Below, piece after piece: positions 28,630 to 44,433 of a stretch of DNA of 64,000 bases. A program made the translations under genes and the position numbers. Within the stretch, counting starts at the first letter, position 1; each line of letters starts with the position of its first letter. The stretch is from the human T2T-CHM13v2.0 reference genome, Homo sapiens. The stretch is from assembly GCF_009914755.1 (NCBI RefSeq), contig NC_060930.1. One strand, written 5' to 3'. The notes under the pieces are model-generated. The model worked only from the letters and a program-made list of their open reading frames with translations. It was not told the DNA's origin and searched no databases.

Positions 28630-29845
28630 AAAAATAACATTTGCAATACAATCAAAATCTGATCTACTTAGGGACAAGACCTATAGACTGAAAACTAGAA
28701 AGCACTGCTGAGAGAAATTTTCAGAAAGTCCTAAATAAAATGGTAAGCATGTCTTTTACAAGTATCTGAAAATTCAATATTGTTCAGATCTCCCCAAACA
28801 GATCTATAGTTTTAATGTAATTTAAATGAACATCTCAAAAGGCAGATTTCTTTGTAGAAATTGACAAGAAAGTTCTAAATTTCATAAGGGAATAAAAAGG
28901 ACCTAAACTAGCCAATATAACTTTGAAAAAGAAAACAAAGTTGGAGAACTTCTGCTACTTTTCTTTGAGTTTTATTATAAGTTACAGTCATCAAGAAAGT
29001 GTGGTATTAGCATCAGGACAGAGGAAGAGATCAATGGAACAGGACAAACAGTGCAGAAACAGACAAATACTAATCTGCTAATTTTTGGCAAAATGTAAGT
29101 GTAATTCAGTGGAGAATGGACAATATTTTCAACAAGTGGCTCTGGATCAATTAAATTGATCTGATCTATGGCTTGTACCTTGTAACATTTTTCATAGTCC
29201 TAAATATGAAGGTCTAGAAGGAAACCAAGAAGATTTTTGTGACCTTGAACTAGGCAAATATTTCTTGAATGTAACACCAAAAGAATGATCCACAAAAGAA
29301 ACATTGTATAAATTGGACTTTATCAAAATTTAAAACTTCTGCTCTTTGAAAGACATGTTTAGGGAATGCAAAGACAAGCATGCACAGACTAAGAGAACAT
29401 ATTTGAAAATTATAAATCTGATGAAGAACTTGCATCTAGACTCTATAAATACTTTTCAAAACTCAATAATAAGAAATTAAGCTACCCAATAAAAAACAGG
29501 CAAAAGATTCAAGCAGACTAAATTTTAACAAATAAAATATATGGATGGCAAATAACAACAATCACTGATGGTCAATAGTATTAGTCATTCAGAAAATGCT
29601 TATTAAAATTCTAGCAAAGCAAATTATAGTGACATAAAACCAAGCTGTGTTTGCCTACAAATGATGGGACTAGAGGAGTGAAAGGAAGGGATGGCTGAAT
29701 GGCAGTCGGAGACTTTCCTGGTTCTGGACATGTTCATTATGATAGCAGTGATAGTTTCACAGGTATTTACAGATATCAAAATATATAAAAGCATATACAC
29801 TTATAGCACTGTGTCAAACTATACCTCAGTAAAGCTATAAAAATA
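28630..29845 (+). mobile_element. Old L1 (L1MC/L1ME) ORF2 3' part and 3' UTR
   Basis: 'tttgtagaaattgacaag...ttctaaatttcata', 'gtgtggtattagcatcaggacaga...atcaatggaacag', 'aaattggactttatcaaaatttaaaacttctgctct', and 3' end 'tatacctcagtaaagct'. Confidence 0.88.
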
Positions 29846-29977
29846 ATCATGCTAGCAATGATCTCCATTTTTCAAGTTAGTAAAATAATTTTCAGAAAAG
29901 GAAACGTCTGCATGTGTGAGAGAGAAAAAAAGACCACATTAGCCTAAAAACAAACAAACAAACAAAAACCCTGCCTA

Positions 29978-30226
<249 letters not shown>

Positions 30227-31231
30227 CTAGTCAAAGGAAGAGGCACCTTATGCAGAAATCACTGTCATAATCCTTCCTGTCTATAGGCAAGGATGGCTCT
30301 GGACCACCACCACCCCCTGCATTCTAATTTGAGAGTAGATACACTACTCCAACCCTTAGGGTCTTTCTTGGGTTCTAAGAACACTGGATGAGAAAATCTA
30401 GCTAGGATCAGTCACATCTATAGCAAAGCTCACAGGTTTATCCACAAAGGCCAGCCATGGGCTGACCACGTGAGCATTCTAGGGATGCGATCCCCAGAAA
30501 TCTAGGTCACAGACAATCCTCTGGAAGGTACAAAGAGGACACTGGAGCAGGAGATGTGGTGTCCAGCCCAGTACCCCCTAGGAAGGCCATGTATGTCACT
30601 AAAGGATGCTCACTTAATACAGGCAGAATCTCATCTTCTCAGAGGTATAGCAGCCCTCCCTTATCTGCGGTTTTACTTTCCACAGTTTCAGTTACCTGCA
30701 GTAAATTGCGGACTGAAAATATAAAATGAAAAATTTACAGAAATAAGCAATACATAAGTTTGGAAGTGTGCAGCACTCTGAGTAGCATGATGAAATCTCA
30801 CGCCACCTTGCTCTGTCCTGCCTATGATGGGAATCATCTTTGTCCAGCGTATCCACCCTGTTTCTGCAGCCTGCCATTGTTCATTGACATTGTCTGCTCC
30901 TGACATTGAAACTTGAACATGCTCACGGCTGGATGATCCAGAATCACCTGAGGCAGATAATCCTCCTTCTGACCTAACACTACGTCACAATGCCTGGGCC
31001 GTTCACCTTGCTCAATCCAATCAGGTAGGCATTTTATCAACGCAACATAACAAGAAGTGCAGGTATGGTAAAATAAGATACTTTGCTAGAGAGACCACAT
31101 TAACATAACTTTTATTATCCAACATATTGTTATAATTATTCTATTTTATGATTATTGTTGTTAATCTCTTACCGTGCCTAATTCATAAATTAAGCTTTGT
31201 CATAGGTATGCATGTATAGGAAAAAACAGTA

Positions 31232-31712
31232 CAGTTTGTGCTCTGTATCCACAGATTCAACCAAAAAAACCAAAATGATAAAAAAGTAATAAAACAATTG
31301 AAAACTACAAGTTGAAGAACCAACACAGTATAAAAACTATTTGCATTTTATTTATTTATTCATTTTGAGACAGAGTCTCACTCTGTCGCCCAAGCTGGAG
31401 TGCAGTGGTGCAATGTTAGCTCACAGCAACCTCCACCTCCCAGGTTCAAGCAATTCTCCCTGCCTCAGCCTCCTGACTAGCTGGGATTACAGGCACATGC
31501 CACCATACCTGGCTAATTTCACCGCACCTGACCTTACATAGCATTTAAATTGTATTAGGTAATCCAGAGTTGATGTAAAATATACGGAAGGATATGCGTA
31601 GGTTATGTAAAAATACTGTACCAATTTACATCAGGAACTTGAGCATCAGCAGATTTTGGTATCGGTGAGGAGTCCTGGAACCAGCCACCCGACAGACACT
31701 GAGGCACGACTG
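31232..31712. mobile_element. MER2 (Tigger-derived) inserted into MER44
   Basis: 'tatccacagattcaacc...ggaacttgagcatcagcagattttggtatc...gtcctggaacca...gaggcacgactg'. Confidence 0.82.
31346..31533 (-). mobile_element. Alu with internal deletion, inserted into MER2
   Basis: Right arm and linker 'ggctaattt' joined to the Alu 5' terminus 'caccgcacctgacc'. Confidence 0.9.
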
Positions 31713-31993
31713 TTTGTATTGGGTTTGGTACTGCCCAAAGTTTCAGGCATCCACTGGGGATCTTGGAACCTATCTCCCATTGACAAGAGGGAACTACTGT
31801 AACCAAGAAACTTTGATTAACAAGAGAAAACTGTATGGAAAAATTCACTAATTAAATGATAAACATAATTTAAAATATAATACCTTCATAAGACTTTTCT
31901 AACTCATATGCAAATAGTAAAAATACACAAAACAAGCAAGAATGCAAAAAATTTTCCCTAAATCTTACCAATTTGCATTAAAGAAAAATTTCT

Positions 31994-32338
<345 letters not shown>

Positions 32339-33487
32339 TCATTTATAATCTATCATTTTGCAAGCTGAATACCTTCTTAACAATTTCTTAAAGTGCTATG
32401 AATGCCTAGACTTCTAAGACAGTGATGCCAGTGTCTCTAACTTCCTGTATATGCCACGCTAGTTTCTGTATAGAATAGGTTATCAATTTTACGTCTGTGT
32501 TAAGGACAGGAATCACAGGACATCTCACTTATTAAACGGCATCTATGGAATTATGCCAAACACATTTATCTATAAAGAATGCTGGTCCTCACTATTTTTC
32601 ATTAATCAAATGCAATGTGTAACCAGTTACAAAGCCTGTAGTATTAATAGAAGCTTCTAATCTGTATAGCATGCTGCTTTCTTTTAGCTGAAATAACATT
32701 TAAAATTCATAAATATTGGAGGTAAAAAGAAGAAAAAAGATTATAATGTGTGCTCTGGCTTGTAGCCCGAGGAGAACAGAAACAGGGGAAAAACAGGTAA
32801 TGCTTTCCAGCGATGAGTGATGAAAAAGAAGCACAACAATTCCAGTGACTGTATGAGAACAGCCAGAAATCATTCTTCTAAAAAATAGTTTTAAGCAGAA
32901 CAATGATCTAGAAAAGGATCACAACACATTGCACTGCCCTGAGCAGTCCCATAAAGCAGTGTGATGCCTCTATAAAGCAAAGTTCCGTCCAACAGGGCTG
33001 TCAGAGGGGAACATGAGTGAAAGGGAGGGAGCGCCTTGCACATTTATATCCATGCTGCAATGATCCCCACATCTCTCATGGTGCCCAGCGCACGTCTCCT
33101 CCTGCACCCACAACCAGGAATTAGGCTCCACGTTCACCTGCTCTGCAGCTACAGGCCTTATCCTCTAATTAAACCAACCCCACTGCTCTAGAAGAATAGC
33201 CCTGCTCGGTGACTCACTAACATTTAAGAATACACACATGTGAAACTAAGATGAAAATGAGGGCGGAGATGATTTATGTGAAAGGACATTTAAAGATGAA
33301 TAGGTTTTGTGAGGTTGAGGAAGCCTGCCCCTCTAGAGACAGAGGAGGCATTTGCTCAAGTGTGGAATACCAGCTGTTGAAATGTTAAGTCAAATGAAGT
33401 AGAAATGTAATGTTATTTAACAATGGCCGAAAAGGAACTCGCTAATTAGTATTTAGCAAAAAAAGGTTTTGAGTGGTCAACCTGTGT

Positions 33488-33777
33488 ATTTGTTTATTTG
33501 TTTGCTTTTGTTTGGAGACGGTCTTGCTCTGTCCTCTGGAGGGCAGTGGCACTATCTCGGCTCTGCAACCCCCATCTCCATCTCCTGCCTCAGCCTCCTG
33601 AGTAGCTGGGACTACAGGTCTGCGCTACCATGCCCGGCTAATTTTTTTGTATTTTAGTAGCGACGGTGTGTTTCACCATGTTGCCCAGGTTGGTCTCGAA
33701 CTGCCGACCTCAGGCAAACCTCTCACCTTGGCCTCCCAAAGTGCTAAGATTACAGGCGTGAGCCACCATGCCTGGCC
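33488..33777 (-). mobile_element. AluS with small internal deletions
   Basis: Antisense dimer; TSD-like aa(c/t)ctgtg. Confidence 0.92.
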
Positions 33778-34299
33778 TAATCTGTGGACTTTTTGTGTGT
33801 AGAGTGTGACTGTTACAAATGGGAATGCCCTAATCTATATGTTACTGTGGAATTTTCCTATATAACAAAAGAAACTTCTAAGAACTGCTACCATTTGGAA
33901 TCCAGTAATTGTATTTATATTGAAATATTTATTATAATGAAGTATAGCAGAAAGGCTAGTGAGTTACAGAACAATATCAGAAGCCTATGTGCCATCTAAA
34001 ATTTTCTTTTATTTTTTAAATTAAAATGATCTCACCAAGCTTAATCATCTCTAAATCTAAAATTTTCTACCAAGTTTACTAGGACACTAGAGGCCTATTT
34101 CTCCAGAAAAAATGGTAATACTAATTTTTACATATATTAGAAACTAAACATTTTCCAGGAATGTACAATTACTCTGGAAATTCCAAATCTTTATGTCAAA
34201 AAACCTAGAAAATCTGCCAAATGTACCATGTCTAAACCTAAGTGGGTATTGCTACTAATGGTATCTTTACTCTGTCTTTATATAGAAACAGGCTTATTT

Positions 34300-35995
<1,696 letters not shown>

Positions 35996-36009
35996 CTCTA
36001 TCAAAAAGC

Positions 36010-36300
36010 AATCCTTACCCAACAGCATGAAGAGATTAGTAGACAGATGCTCTAGCTTCCCATTCTCTGGAAGCACAATTCTATGAGACATTCTCCATAG
36101 CTCCTCAGATGCCCAATGAGACTGCGCCCTAATTGTCCCCTGCACTATAAACTCAACTACCCACTCTTTGTCAGCTTTGCTTTATTTTCCATCTGACTTT
36201 CCCAACTCCTCAATGTACTTCCCAAGATTACTCCCAAATGAACCACCTGCACCTAAAACAGAGTCTTTGGTTCTGCTTTTACAGGAACCCAACAAAGATG
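36010..36300 (+). mobile_element. ERVL LTR16-like fragment
   Basis: 3' end 'ctcccaaatgaaccacctgcac...tctgcttttacaggaacccaacaaaga' resembles the LTR16 terminus. Confidence 0.6.
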
Positions 36301-37820
36301 ATAATATAGGGAATAGCATGCATATGTCCAACTGTGTCAGAAATGAGGAGCCAAGCTGATGAGTGGATCTACAGTGATGTTCTAGGAAATTTAAAATGTA
36401 GAATTCCATTTTCGCATTGTCAAATGCAAGGTGTACAATTTTGAGAATTTTAAATAATTGAATATATAAAATGAAGGCTCTGAAATATCTGTTGCGATAG
36501 AGGTAAGAGATCTGACAGCTTGTATGTTGGCATCACAAAACTATTGTCAGTTGTTACATAAATGGATGGTAAAGCTGGAATGCCTGGATTGGAGTCTCGG
36601 CCCTGACGTGTGCTTGTTAATCCCTCCTGCCTGGGTTTCCTTGATCTCTTAAGCAAAATGTTGAAAGAGCAGCTGGATCATGGTAAATGCTATTGAAGTG
36701 TGCTATTGTTTTTATTATTGCCTGGCAAACACTAAGGAAGTCTATCCAAGGAATTGTAACAGAAGGAAAATGAGGGATCTGACTATTATAGAGAAAAGTA
36801 ATTAATTTCCACGAAACAGTCAGTAACTTGGCTAAAGCGAGCTTTGGATTATTTGTCAATTCTGAAATAACAGGGATTTTTTTTTTTTTTCAAAACAAGT
36901 AAATTTAGGACAAATAAGATGACGTACTTCACAAAGTAATGAAAAATGTATGGGAGCCATTGTTCCTCAGGGATGGGAAAAATTTGACCAGTGTTTGTGC
37001 AAATTTGGGGAAAAAAAGTCATGGACTAGCACTAAAGGAATGAGATCTACCTAGACTTTGAGGTTTGTAAAGGGTCTTAATGAGGCAAACACCAACTGTG
37101 TTCTTTCTTGATTCTGTTCATTACCTCATTTAATTTTCAATGGTCTTGCCGTGAATATTTGCATGAGATATAGAATATTTTTAAAGCAAGAATATTAATA
37201 ACAGTTTTTCATTTTAGGCTCATTAAATAAAAACGTCATTTTTTCACTAATTCACATGACATTTATTGAGATGTATTAAAAAATAAAAGAAAGACTTTGA
37301 AGACAAAATTGCTCAAAGGTTAGGGGCAATCTGCTCTTCTTGGAGTAAAATTCAAGGGCCATTATAAGAAGTATAAGTCAAATTATAGTACCAATCAAAG
37401 AATAAAATATTTTTGATGGAACTGATATAAAAAAGTTGCGTATCCTTGTAAGACGAATTTCTTTCTCTCCCTATCTCTGAGTAGCTGCATAAACCACTAA
37501 GTTTTTCTAGAAGCAAGTGATAATGCTTTATCATAGGTACAGGCTTAAAGAATGATTAGGTACACTTAAAGTTGGGTACTCCTATCAAAATCCAAGACAG
37601 TGCATTGCTTCTTTCCTTTCCAAATTTTTTTTTTCAGTCTTGTGGCCCCTAACTAGTAATTAAGAGAACTAAATTAAAGTTCATACTGGCTACTTGAAAT
37701 CTTACTTTTAATATTCTTTGCATTATGCATGGAACTTGTCTATGGTTTTAAAATCCAAGGGGAATTATGACATTTGTAAGGCAAACCCAGGCTTTCATCC
37801 ATCATTCTAATCTGTTTTAC

Positions 37821-37846
37821 AAAAAAAAAAAAAAAAAAAAAAAAAA
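37821..37846. repeat. Poly(A)26 tract
   Basis: Directly visible; no adjacent SINE body recognised. Confidence 0.9.
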
Positions 37847-38459
37847 TCAAAGCAGCATTTGGGGAACAAAATGAGTGACAGAAAAATGGCAAAAATATGT
37901 CAACAATAGTGAGATTTCAGAGATCCAGGAGACTAGCTACTAACCTCAGCATCTCCCGAGATACTCCATTATCGCTATTTATGTTATTACAGATGATATA
38001 AATCTTACGTACAATCATTGTACACTGAAAAGTAGCAGAAGGAACAGAGGTTTGTGACCAGAATCTATGACGCAGGGAAAATTAAAAATGCATGAACCAT
38101 TCCATATAGGAGGGAATTGAAAATTATATGCAAAAGAGTATATGTACACCCACAGACATGCTATATAAAAATGAACAAAATTTAAAAGCTTATTGTTACC
38201 CATTGTTCTGATACGTATTTCTGTTTTCTTGGAAGGTTCTTTGCTGGCCAGCCAGATTCCTAAATTTTATATCCTGCTGCACTAGTGAGATATGTAAGAG
38301 GATTCCAAACACTCAAGTGTCCAAACTGAGCTGTGCTGAAGACTTCAGGCTCTCCTTCCCGTAAGATGAGAGGTCATCAGGAAGATGATGCTCTGTGATA
38401 ACAGGATTGAGGCAGAAAAGCTATTTGTCACATTCCCTTGTTTGGATTTTGGTTTTGGA

Positions 38460-38642
38460 CTAGAAAGAACACTGGCTTCAAAGTCAGAAATCAAGAACCA
38501 AAGCCCAGTTCTAACGTGTTTTATTAGCTGAGGGACTTCAGGTAAATCATTTAGCATTTCTTTCCTTCAGTTTCTTCAGATATTTAATGAAAGAATTAGA
38601 CCAATTGATTTCAAGGTTCTCATTTTGTTTCAAGATTCTACA
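38460..38642 (+). mobile_element. MIR3-like SINE (L3-type tail)
   Basis: 'agaaagaacactggctt...cagtttcttc...gaattagac...gatttcaaggtt...aagattcta'. Confidence 0.6.
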
Positions 38643-40219
38643 GTTATAAATCATAAATAAATCACCAGTAAGTTTGCGTTTGTCAAACAATTCAAGTTAC
38701 TACCACTTTACAAGGGCACATATTAATTTTCTTAAAAATTTATCACATGTTATGTAAAAAAATAAGACTTCTGAAATACTTAGACAAACCATAAATGTGC
38801 AAATATTCTATTTCACTACCTCATAGACAAGTTTTAGCTGATTAGCATGCCCTGATGAAAATACACACGATATGCAGGTGTAGGAGTTGGATGAATATTT
38901 TTAATTGTGTATCTCCTCTGTAGGCCAAAACTGTTCATCTACTAATACATTAGCCTTAAGGCATGTGCCACTTTTAGTGACTCAGTTGTTAAAACTGCGT
39001 TACAGCTGCATTTGCTCCCAAAAAATATTAAAGTCCTGTAAGATTTCTATTAATGAATCCTTTTGATCTTCTATTTTACATCAGGTAAAAGGTTTCAGGA
39101 GCTTCTCCATTGTTACAACATCTCCTTGTATCTAGGAGGATATGGGGGAAAATAGCAATAAAATAGGTGGGGATGACATTCTGATACTAGAGAGCAGTTA
39201 AACGTGATGGGGGAAGAAAGCGACGATCCAACAGAATATCCTCGAGTAGGAAAATGATTTTATCGCATGACTGCCTACCTCATTACAAAGTGAAATTCAC
39301 CACTATACATTTTCGTGTGAGCTTTCATCTGCTGTACAGGAGAGTGGCTCCCTGGGTTTCCTATAACAGCTGTTCCCATGAATCTACCAGATATTTTGTT
39401 TCCACTTTTACCTTTCTTACTCTCTGTCTCCATACCCTTCTGAGGGATGAGGGTCTGTTGCCTAACTCTTTCATTAGTTATTTATTTATATCTGCTCTGG
39501 GAAAGAAGATTGTGGAAAATGTGAGAGCAATTCACACACCAATGTTTTAAGATCCCGTGTACAAATGGGATTGCTCCGGAAAAGCTTCTTCCCACAGGCA
39601 CTAATTAAAAAGCAGGAAGTTCACTTGAGCAGCATTTTTCTTCCGTTTATTTTCCTTTGTAATAGACATGCTACTTTTTACTTTAATTTGAACATTATCC
39701 CTCTCTGTCCAAAAAAATACAAAAACAAAAACCAAACAAAATACAGTAAAGGAAGGCAGAGTATAACATTAACAATTTAGAAAAGATATTATTTTCCCCT
39801 AATAAATTCTACTGCATTCTTGGAAAGCATTAAAAGTATAACAGGTCACACATCCTTGAAATATTAGATGAAGGAATTTGTGAAGACAGACTATTGGAAC
39901 CTCTGAGAAATTAGCTGGGCCTCTACTTCCGTGGTCATTCTGAAGCATTTTTAGATGCTGGTCACGATTAATGCTGGAAACAACGTTAGTGACAGTTCTT
40001 CTGTGCTTATCACATGCCTTTAGTTCAGGACCGAAAGAAGGAAGGAAGGACCACAAATGGTACACGAATGGGCTGCACAGGGTGGTTTAAAAGGTAAGAA
40101 ACCAAAGTGATTGCTTGTGTCTCATTTAAGTTAAATTTACCACAAAGTTCATATTCAATAAATTTAATAAGAAAGGTAAATAAAAACAATCACAGTAAGA
40201 ATTACATATGAAAATAACT

Positions 40220-40590
40220 ATCCATTCATTCTATTAACAAACTAATAAATTATTGAACATATACTATGAGTGATTCTGTCCTAGATACTGGAGATTTTCA
40301 TGATATACTAAGTATGTTTCCTGCAAGAGTTGAGGATGTCAGAACCACTGGGATACTGCGGTTGAATAGACACCATTGCCTCTTGGTGGTCTGAGGCTGG
40401 TAAATACACAGGCAGGAACTACGCATTGCAACAGAAATACCTCCAAAGGTCCTTATGAGGATGGTGCACACAGAAAAAAACGTAGGGTCATGGAGAAACT
40501 GGAAGGAGGAGGATAGAAGAAATAGGTGAAACAGGCTAAGATTTATCCACCCCAAGTTGGGAGATGGTATTCCAGTGGGAAAAATTTCAC
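40220..40590 (-). mobile_element. L2 3' fragment
   Basis: 'ccattcattc...ttattgaacatatactatg...tgtcctagatactggagat' is an antisense L2 end. Confidence 0.6.
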
Positions 40591-40659
40591 TGCTAAAACT
40601 AAACTAGACTAGCAATTCTGTAAGATGTAAGAGTGTGAGTGATGAGCTGAGGGACAGCC

Positions 40660-40855
40660 TGAGTGGTTGAAACGCTGCTTTTCTGATGATTTGGCTGATG
40701 GAGTGGCCCTAAGCAAGTTTCTTCACCGCTCCGTTTCAGATTCCTCCTCTGTCAAACCGGGAAAATACTCGTATCTACAATAAGAGTTGAAGGATTCAAT
40801 GAAGGATTTAATATATGCAATGCTGAGAAAGGTCTGTGGTGTTCAGTAAAAAATC
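40660..40855 (+). mobile_element. MIR
   Basis: 'gcaagtttcttcaccgctccgtttcagattcctcctctgtcaaacc'. Confidence 0.6.
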
Positions 40856-41199
40856 AGGGTCTTTTAGTTTCTTTCGTAGGGCTGCACACGCCTGACACAG
40901 GGGATGTGAAACACAGACCTCTCATCCTACAAGTCCCAGCTGCACCTGACCCCAGCAGCCTAACTGCCCCTGGCCCATGACTCTACCCCAGCCCATTATC
41001 TTCTTCATAATCACAATTTATAACTTGGCTATTGCTACATTACATGGTGCATTTGCCTATGTGTATACTTGCTTATTTTGCATTTATTTTCCTCATATAT
41101 GAGCCCTAGGAGGATACGGACTTGCCTGTATTTGGGGACTGGAACATATAAGGTGTTCAATGAGTTTTGTTAAATCATTACTGATGATGCTGATGATAG

Positions 41200-41450
41200 C
41201 CTGCCACTACATAGCTCTTCCTTTGTGCTACTCTTCTAAGCATTTTAAATACACTAATATTCTTAATTCTCACAGCAACTCCAAGAGGCCTGCCTCATTA
41301 AGTGGGTCCTGTTACTGTTTTATAGCTGAGGATATTGAAGTGCACAGGATAAAAAAGAAAACCACCTAAGGACACAGAGTAAGTGATAGAACTGAGTGCT
41401 GAGCTAGCAGTAGGCTCTCAAAACATATTCTTAGCCATTAAGCTGCCTGG
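41200..41450 (-). mobile_element. MIR
   Basis: 'ttctaagcatttt...cttaattctcacagcaac...tttatagctgaggatattga...cctaaggacacagag'. Confidence 0.7.
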
Positions 41451-41749
41451 TTCTAAGTAACTAAATGACAGATCGGAGCGGGGTGCTGCCTGGGGCCCTG
41501 GCTAGCCAGTAGGCAGAAATGGACCCCAAGCTACCCAGGGATGGGAGATGGGGCAGATATTAAGAGAAATGAGGCACATCCTGTACTAGACAATTTTCCT
41601 AGAAGCCCAGTGGCTGAGCTGTTTCATCTGCAGCCAAGAGTGATGTTCCATTGTTTCGCATGCACTCTGTGAGCCGCCTGCTGCCTGTTGCCTGAGCCTT
41701 ACTCCTTCATCCAGCAGAGCCAGGCCGGCCCACACCCCACACTCTCACC

Positions 41750-41930
41750 ACAGATGGACTGGGTTTGAATCATGGCTGTTAAATGCCCTTCAACACTAGT
41801 CAAGTGATTACTTTCTTTATTTCTTCACCTGCAAAATGGGGATTATAAGGTACCTACCTCATAGGTTTGTGGTGAGAACTAAATGAGTTAATACAGAGAC
41901 CAATGCCTGGGACAAATGTAGCTCCTCTAA
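41750..41930 (+). mobile_element. MIR
   Basis: 'tttcttcacctgcaaaatggggattataaggtacctacctcatagg...aaatgagttaatac'. Confidence 0.8.
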
Positions 41931-42969
41931 TTAACAATTTGAATTCCCTGGTCCCTTGGTTTAGTCCCTGTTTGTCATGTACTTTACAAAAGTGACAGGT
42001 TCCTATTCTTGGAAATGAATCTGTCTATACTCAGAATCAGAAAAACCAAAGGAACAAAATAAAAATGGAGGCATACCAGCCAATGGGTGCCTCGGTGGTA
42101 TCTCCATGAAATCTAACCCATCAGAGGCAGATAAGCACAGAGTCCAAGGCCTTCCTCTCCAGAAGAAAGAGGAAGAAGGGGGGCGTGTGGGAGTGTAGAG
42201 TGCAACCCCCTGAGGGGCTGAACCCACAGAAACAGCCTAGGGGTGAGATAAGGGGTCCTGGCCCCTGAAGACACCCTGGGGAATTGAATGGCTTGGGGAT
42301 GGGGAAGGAGAAACTGGGGGGCAGAGGTGAATACCTCCCCATTTCTCAATGCCTGGCACCTGCCATTCTGCTGTTCCTTTCTTTCCAAGATCAAAACAGG
42401 ACATTGGCCATCCTCCTGGGTTGTGCTTCCAAGGCTCTCTTTGATCACTCTCAGCCCTCCAGCTTCCAGCTGAAACTGACCTCTAGTGGCCTGTACACTG
42501 GTCTTACTACAGTCATTGCCCCCAGATTCAGAACTCCCGTCTCATGTCCTGATTGCTGTGCAGTCAGCATCTCCACGGACCAGCACTCTAGATTATAGCA
42601 CCGAGTACAAGATGGAAAACCAAGGAATTTCACCACCAGTTAGGGTTAGACAATTCATTGTTCTTTAGTGGCTTGAGATTTAAAGTGGCAACTCCATAAA
42701 AACTGACGAAGCCTTCCTTGGTGTTGACCTTTGACACTTGTGGGCAGCCACATGTGGAGTGCGTCCTGGACATTTTCAGGTATCTATTTTGATGCAGCTT
42801 TTTTTTTTTTTTAAATTAAACAGACTTTCTCACTAAATTGCTTTGTCATGGCCTCAGGGAGAATCTGGCCTACAACACTGTTTACTATTTCAAGTCATGT
42901 GTGAATTTGATGCCCTCATTTCCTCTTCTTCATGCTTGTCTTACACCAATCAATAAAGGAAGGAACTGG

Positions 42970-43160
42970 GTCATAGTCTCCTGGGGATGACTCCCAGAGT
43001 TCAAATTCTGGCTCTGCCTAGCTGTGTCTTTGGACCAGTTAGTTTCTTCATCTCTATAATGGAATTGCAATATTACTTTATAGGGTTATTGTGAGGAATA
43101 AATAAGATAATGGGTATAAAGTGCTTGGCTGGAGCAAATGTTCATTGGGTGTCAGCTATT
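42970..43160 (+). mobile_element. MIR
   Basis: 'gttcaaattctggctctgcc...agtttcttcatctctataatgg...atagggttattgtgagga...taaagtgctt'. Confidence 0.8.
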
Positions 43161-44391
43161 CTCATCGTCATGATCAGTCTATGAGATGGAGTCCACTGTA
43201 CTTGGTACTTGGAAATAAGACGTGTTTATAGATCTGTGCTGACATGTCAGTTTTCAAGAGCCACCATATATCCTGCTCTATGCGTAATCTTTGTAATTTA
43301 GAGTAAATGTTAAGGAAGAGAGGGCAGGAAGGAATAAAATGTAATGAGCAATCATTGGACAAATAAATTGCATCCACTTTTTAAGTGCATTTTGTATACA
43401 GTTTAAAGGTAGAATTCCTGAAGTTATACGATTTTAAAATACACTTGAGAAAGGTGATGGGCTGTCCAAAGCAATGATTTTCTTCTAAGAAATACTTACA
43501 CATATAGAAAATTTGTATCTTTATATTTGCTGATGTGAGGCTGCTCTACACTTTGTTCCCTTCCATCAGCACGCAGGAAATAAATAAAATTTGCCCACAC
43601 GCTAAATAAAAGTCAGCTGAATCCCAAGTCCTTGCCGTCCCCTCAACCACACAAACTCATGCACCCATAAATATCTTCTTTTTGGTTCTGAGTGCACACA
43701 GAACCAAAGGAATTTGTATTGAAACGTTTGATTTCACTTAACCTGCATATTTCTATTTCTATATATCTTAACTCTGAAGTTAAAATACAATTCTTCCAAT
43801 GATATGAAACACACAGTATTTTAAAGGTATCACACATCTTGGGTTGTTAGCAAGAATTTATATCATCATTTATCCAAATCACTATCTACTTTGGCTTCAC
43901 ACCAGACTTCTAATCAATTCTATATCCTTGTTCAAGGCATGTTTCTTATTTTTCACCACTAGTCAGGTATTCATTCCCTTGTGCTTTGTTCTTGTTCATT
44001 TAACACACAACTAGTCCCATTCATAGGAAACACATCCTAATCCAATTGGTGTTTTACAAATTGAATCTTCCCAACAGAAAGTCATTGTGTCCCTCCTAGT
44101 TCAGAAATACTAACTGCATGCACTTGAAGTTAAATCAAAGGATAATTACTGGTCTAATATTTTGGATCATCTTAAATATAGAACCATATTGTGCTACAGC
44201 TGGAGAAATTCTGAGAGTTTTTAGATAACTTGGAAATTACACAGCCTACCGAGGTGTCTTTCCCCACCCTGTGAGGCTCTACTAAAGAGACAAGGGGGAC
44301 TTCACAGAAAGTTTAATTCAAACTTAATTACACTTGAGCCTGAAAGTTGATTAATCGGTTACATTTGCAAGCAGCAGAAACCAACTCTGGC

Positions 44392-44433
44392 TGTCTTATA
44401 CATCTTGTACACCTTGTTGTCTTATACACCTTG
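44392..44433. repeat. Short imperfect micro-duplication (full-partial-full)
   Basis: tgtcttatacatcttg / tacaccttg / tgtcttatacaccttg. Confidence 0.85.

Larger units (their letters stand above)
30648..31799. mobile_element. MER44-type (TcMar-Tigger) DNA transposon, interrupted
   Basis: TIR-like ends 'tagcagccctcccttatctgcgg' and 'acaagagggaactactg', flanked by TA; MER44 body 'gagagaccacatt..cataacttttatt...ataggtatgcatgtataggaaaaaaca'. Confidence 0.8.

Noticed and set aside
37821-37846. Poly(A) as the tail of a processed pseudogene
   Set aside because: No upstream poly(A) signal, TSD or mRNA-like body is visible.
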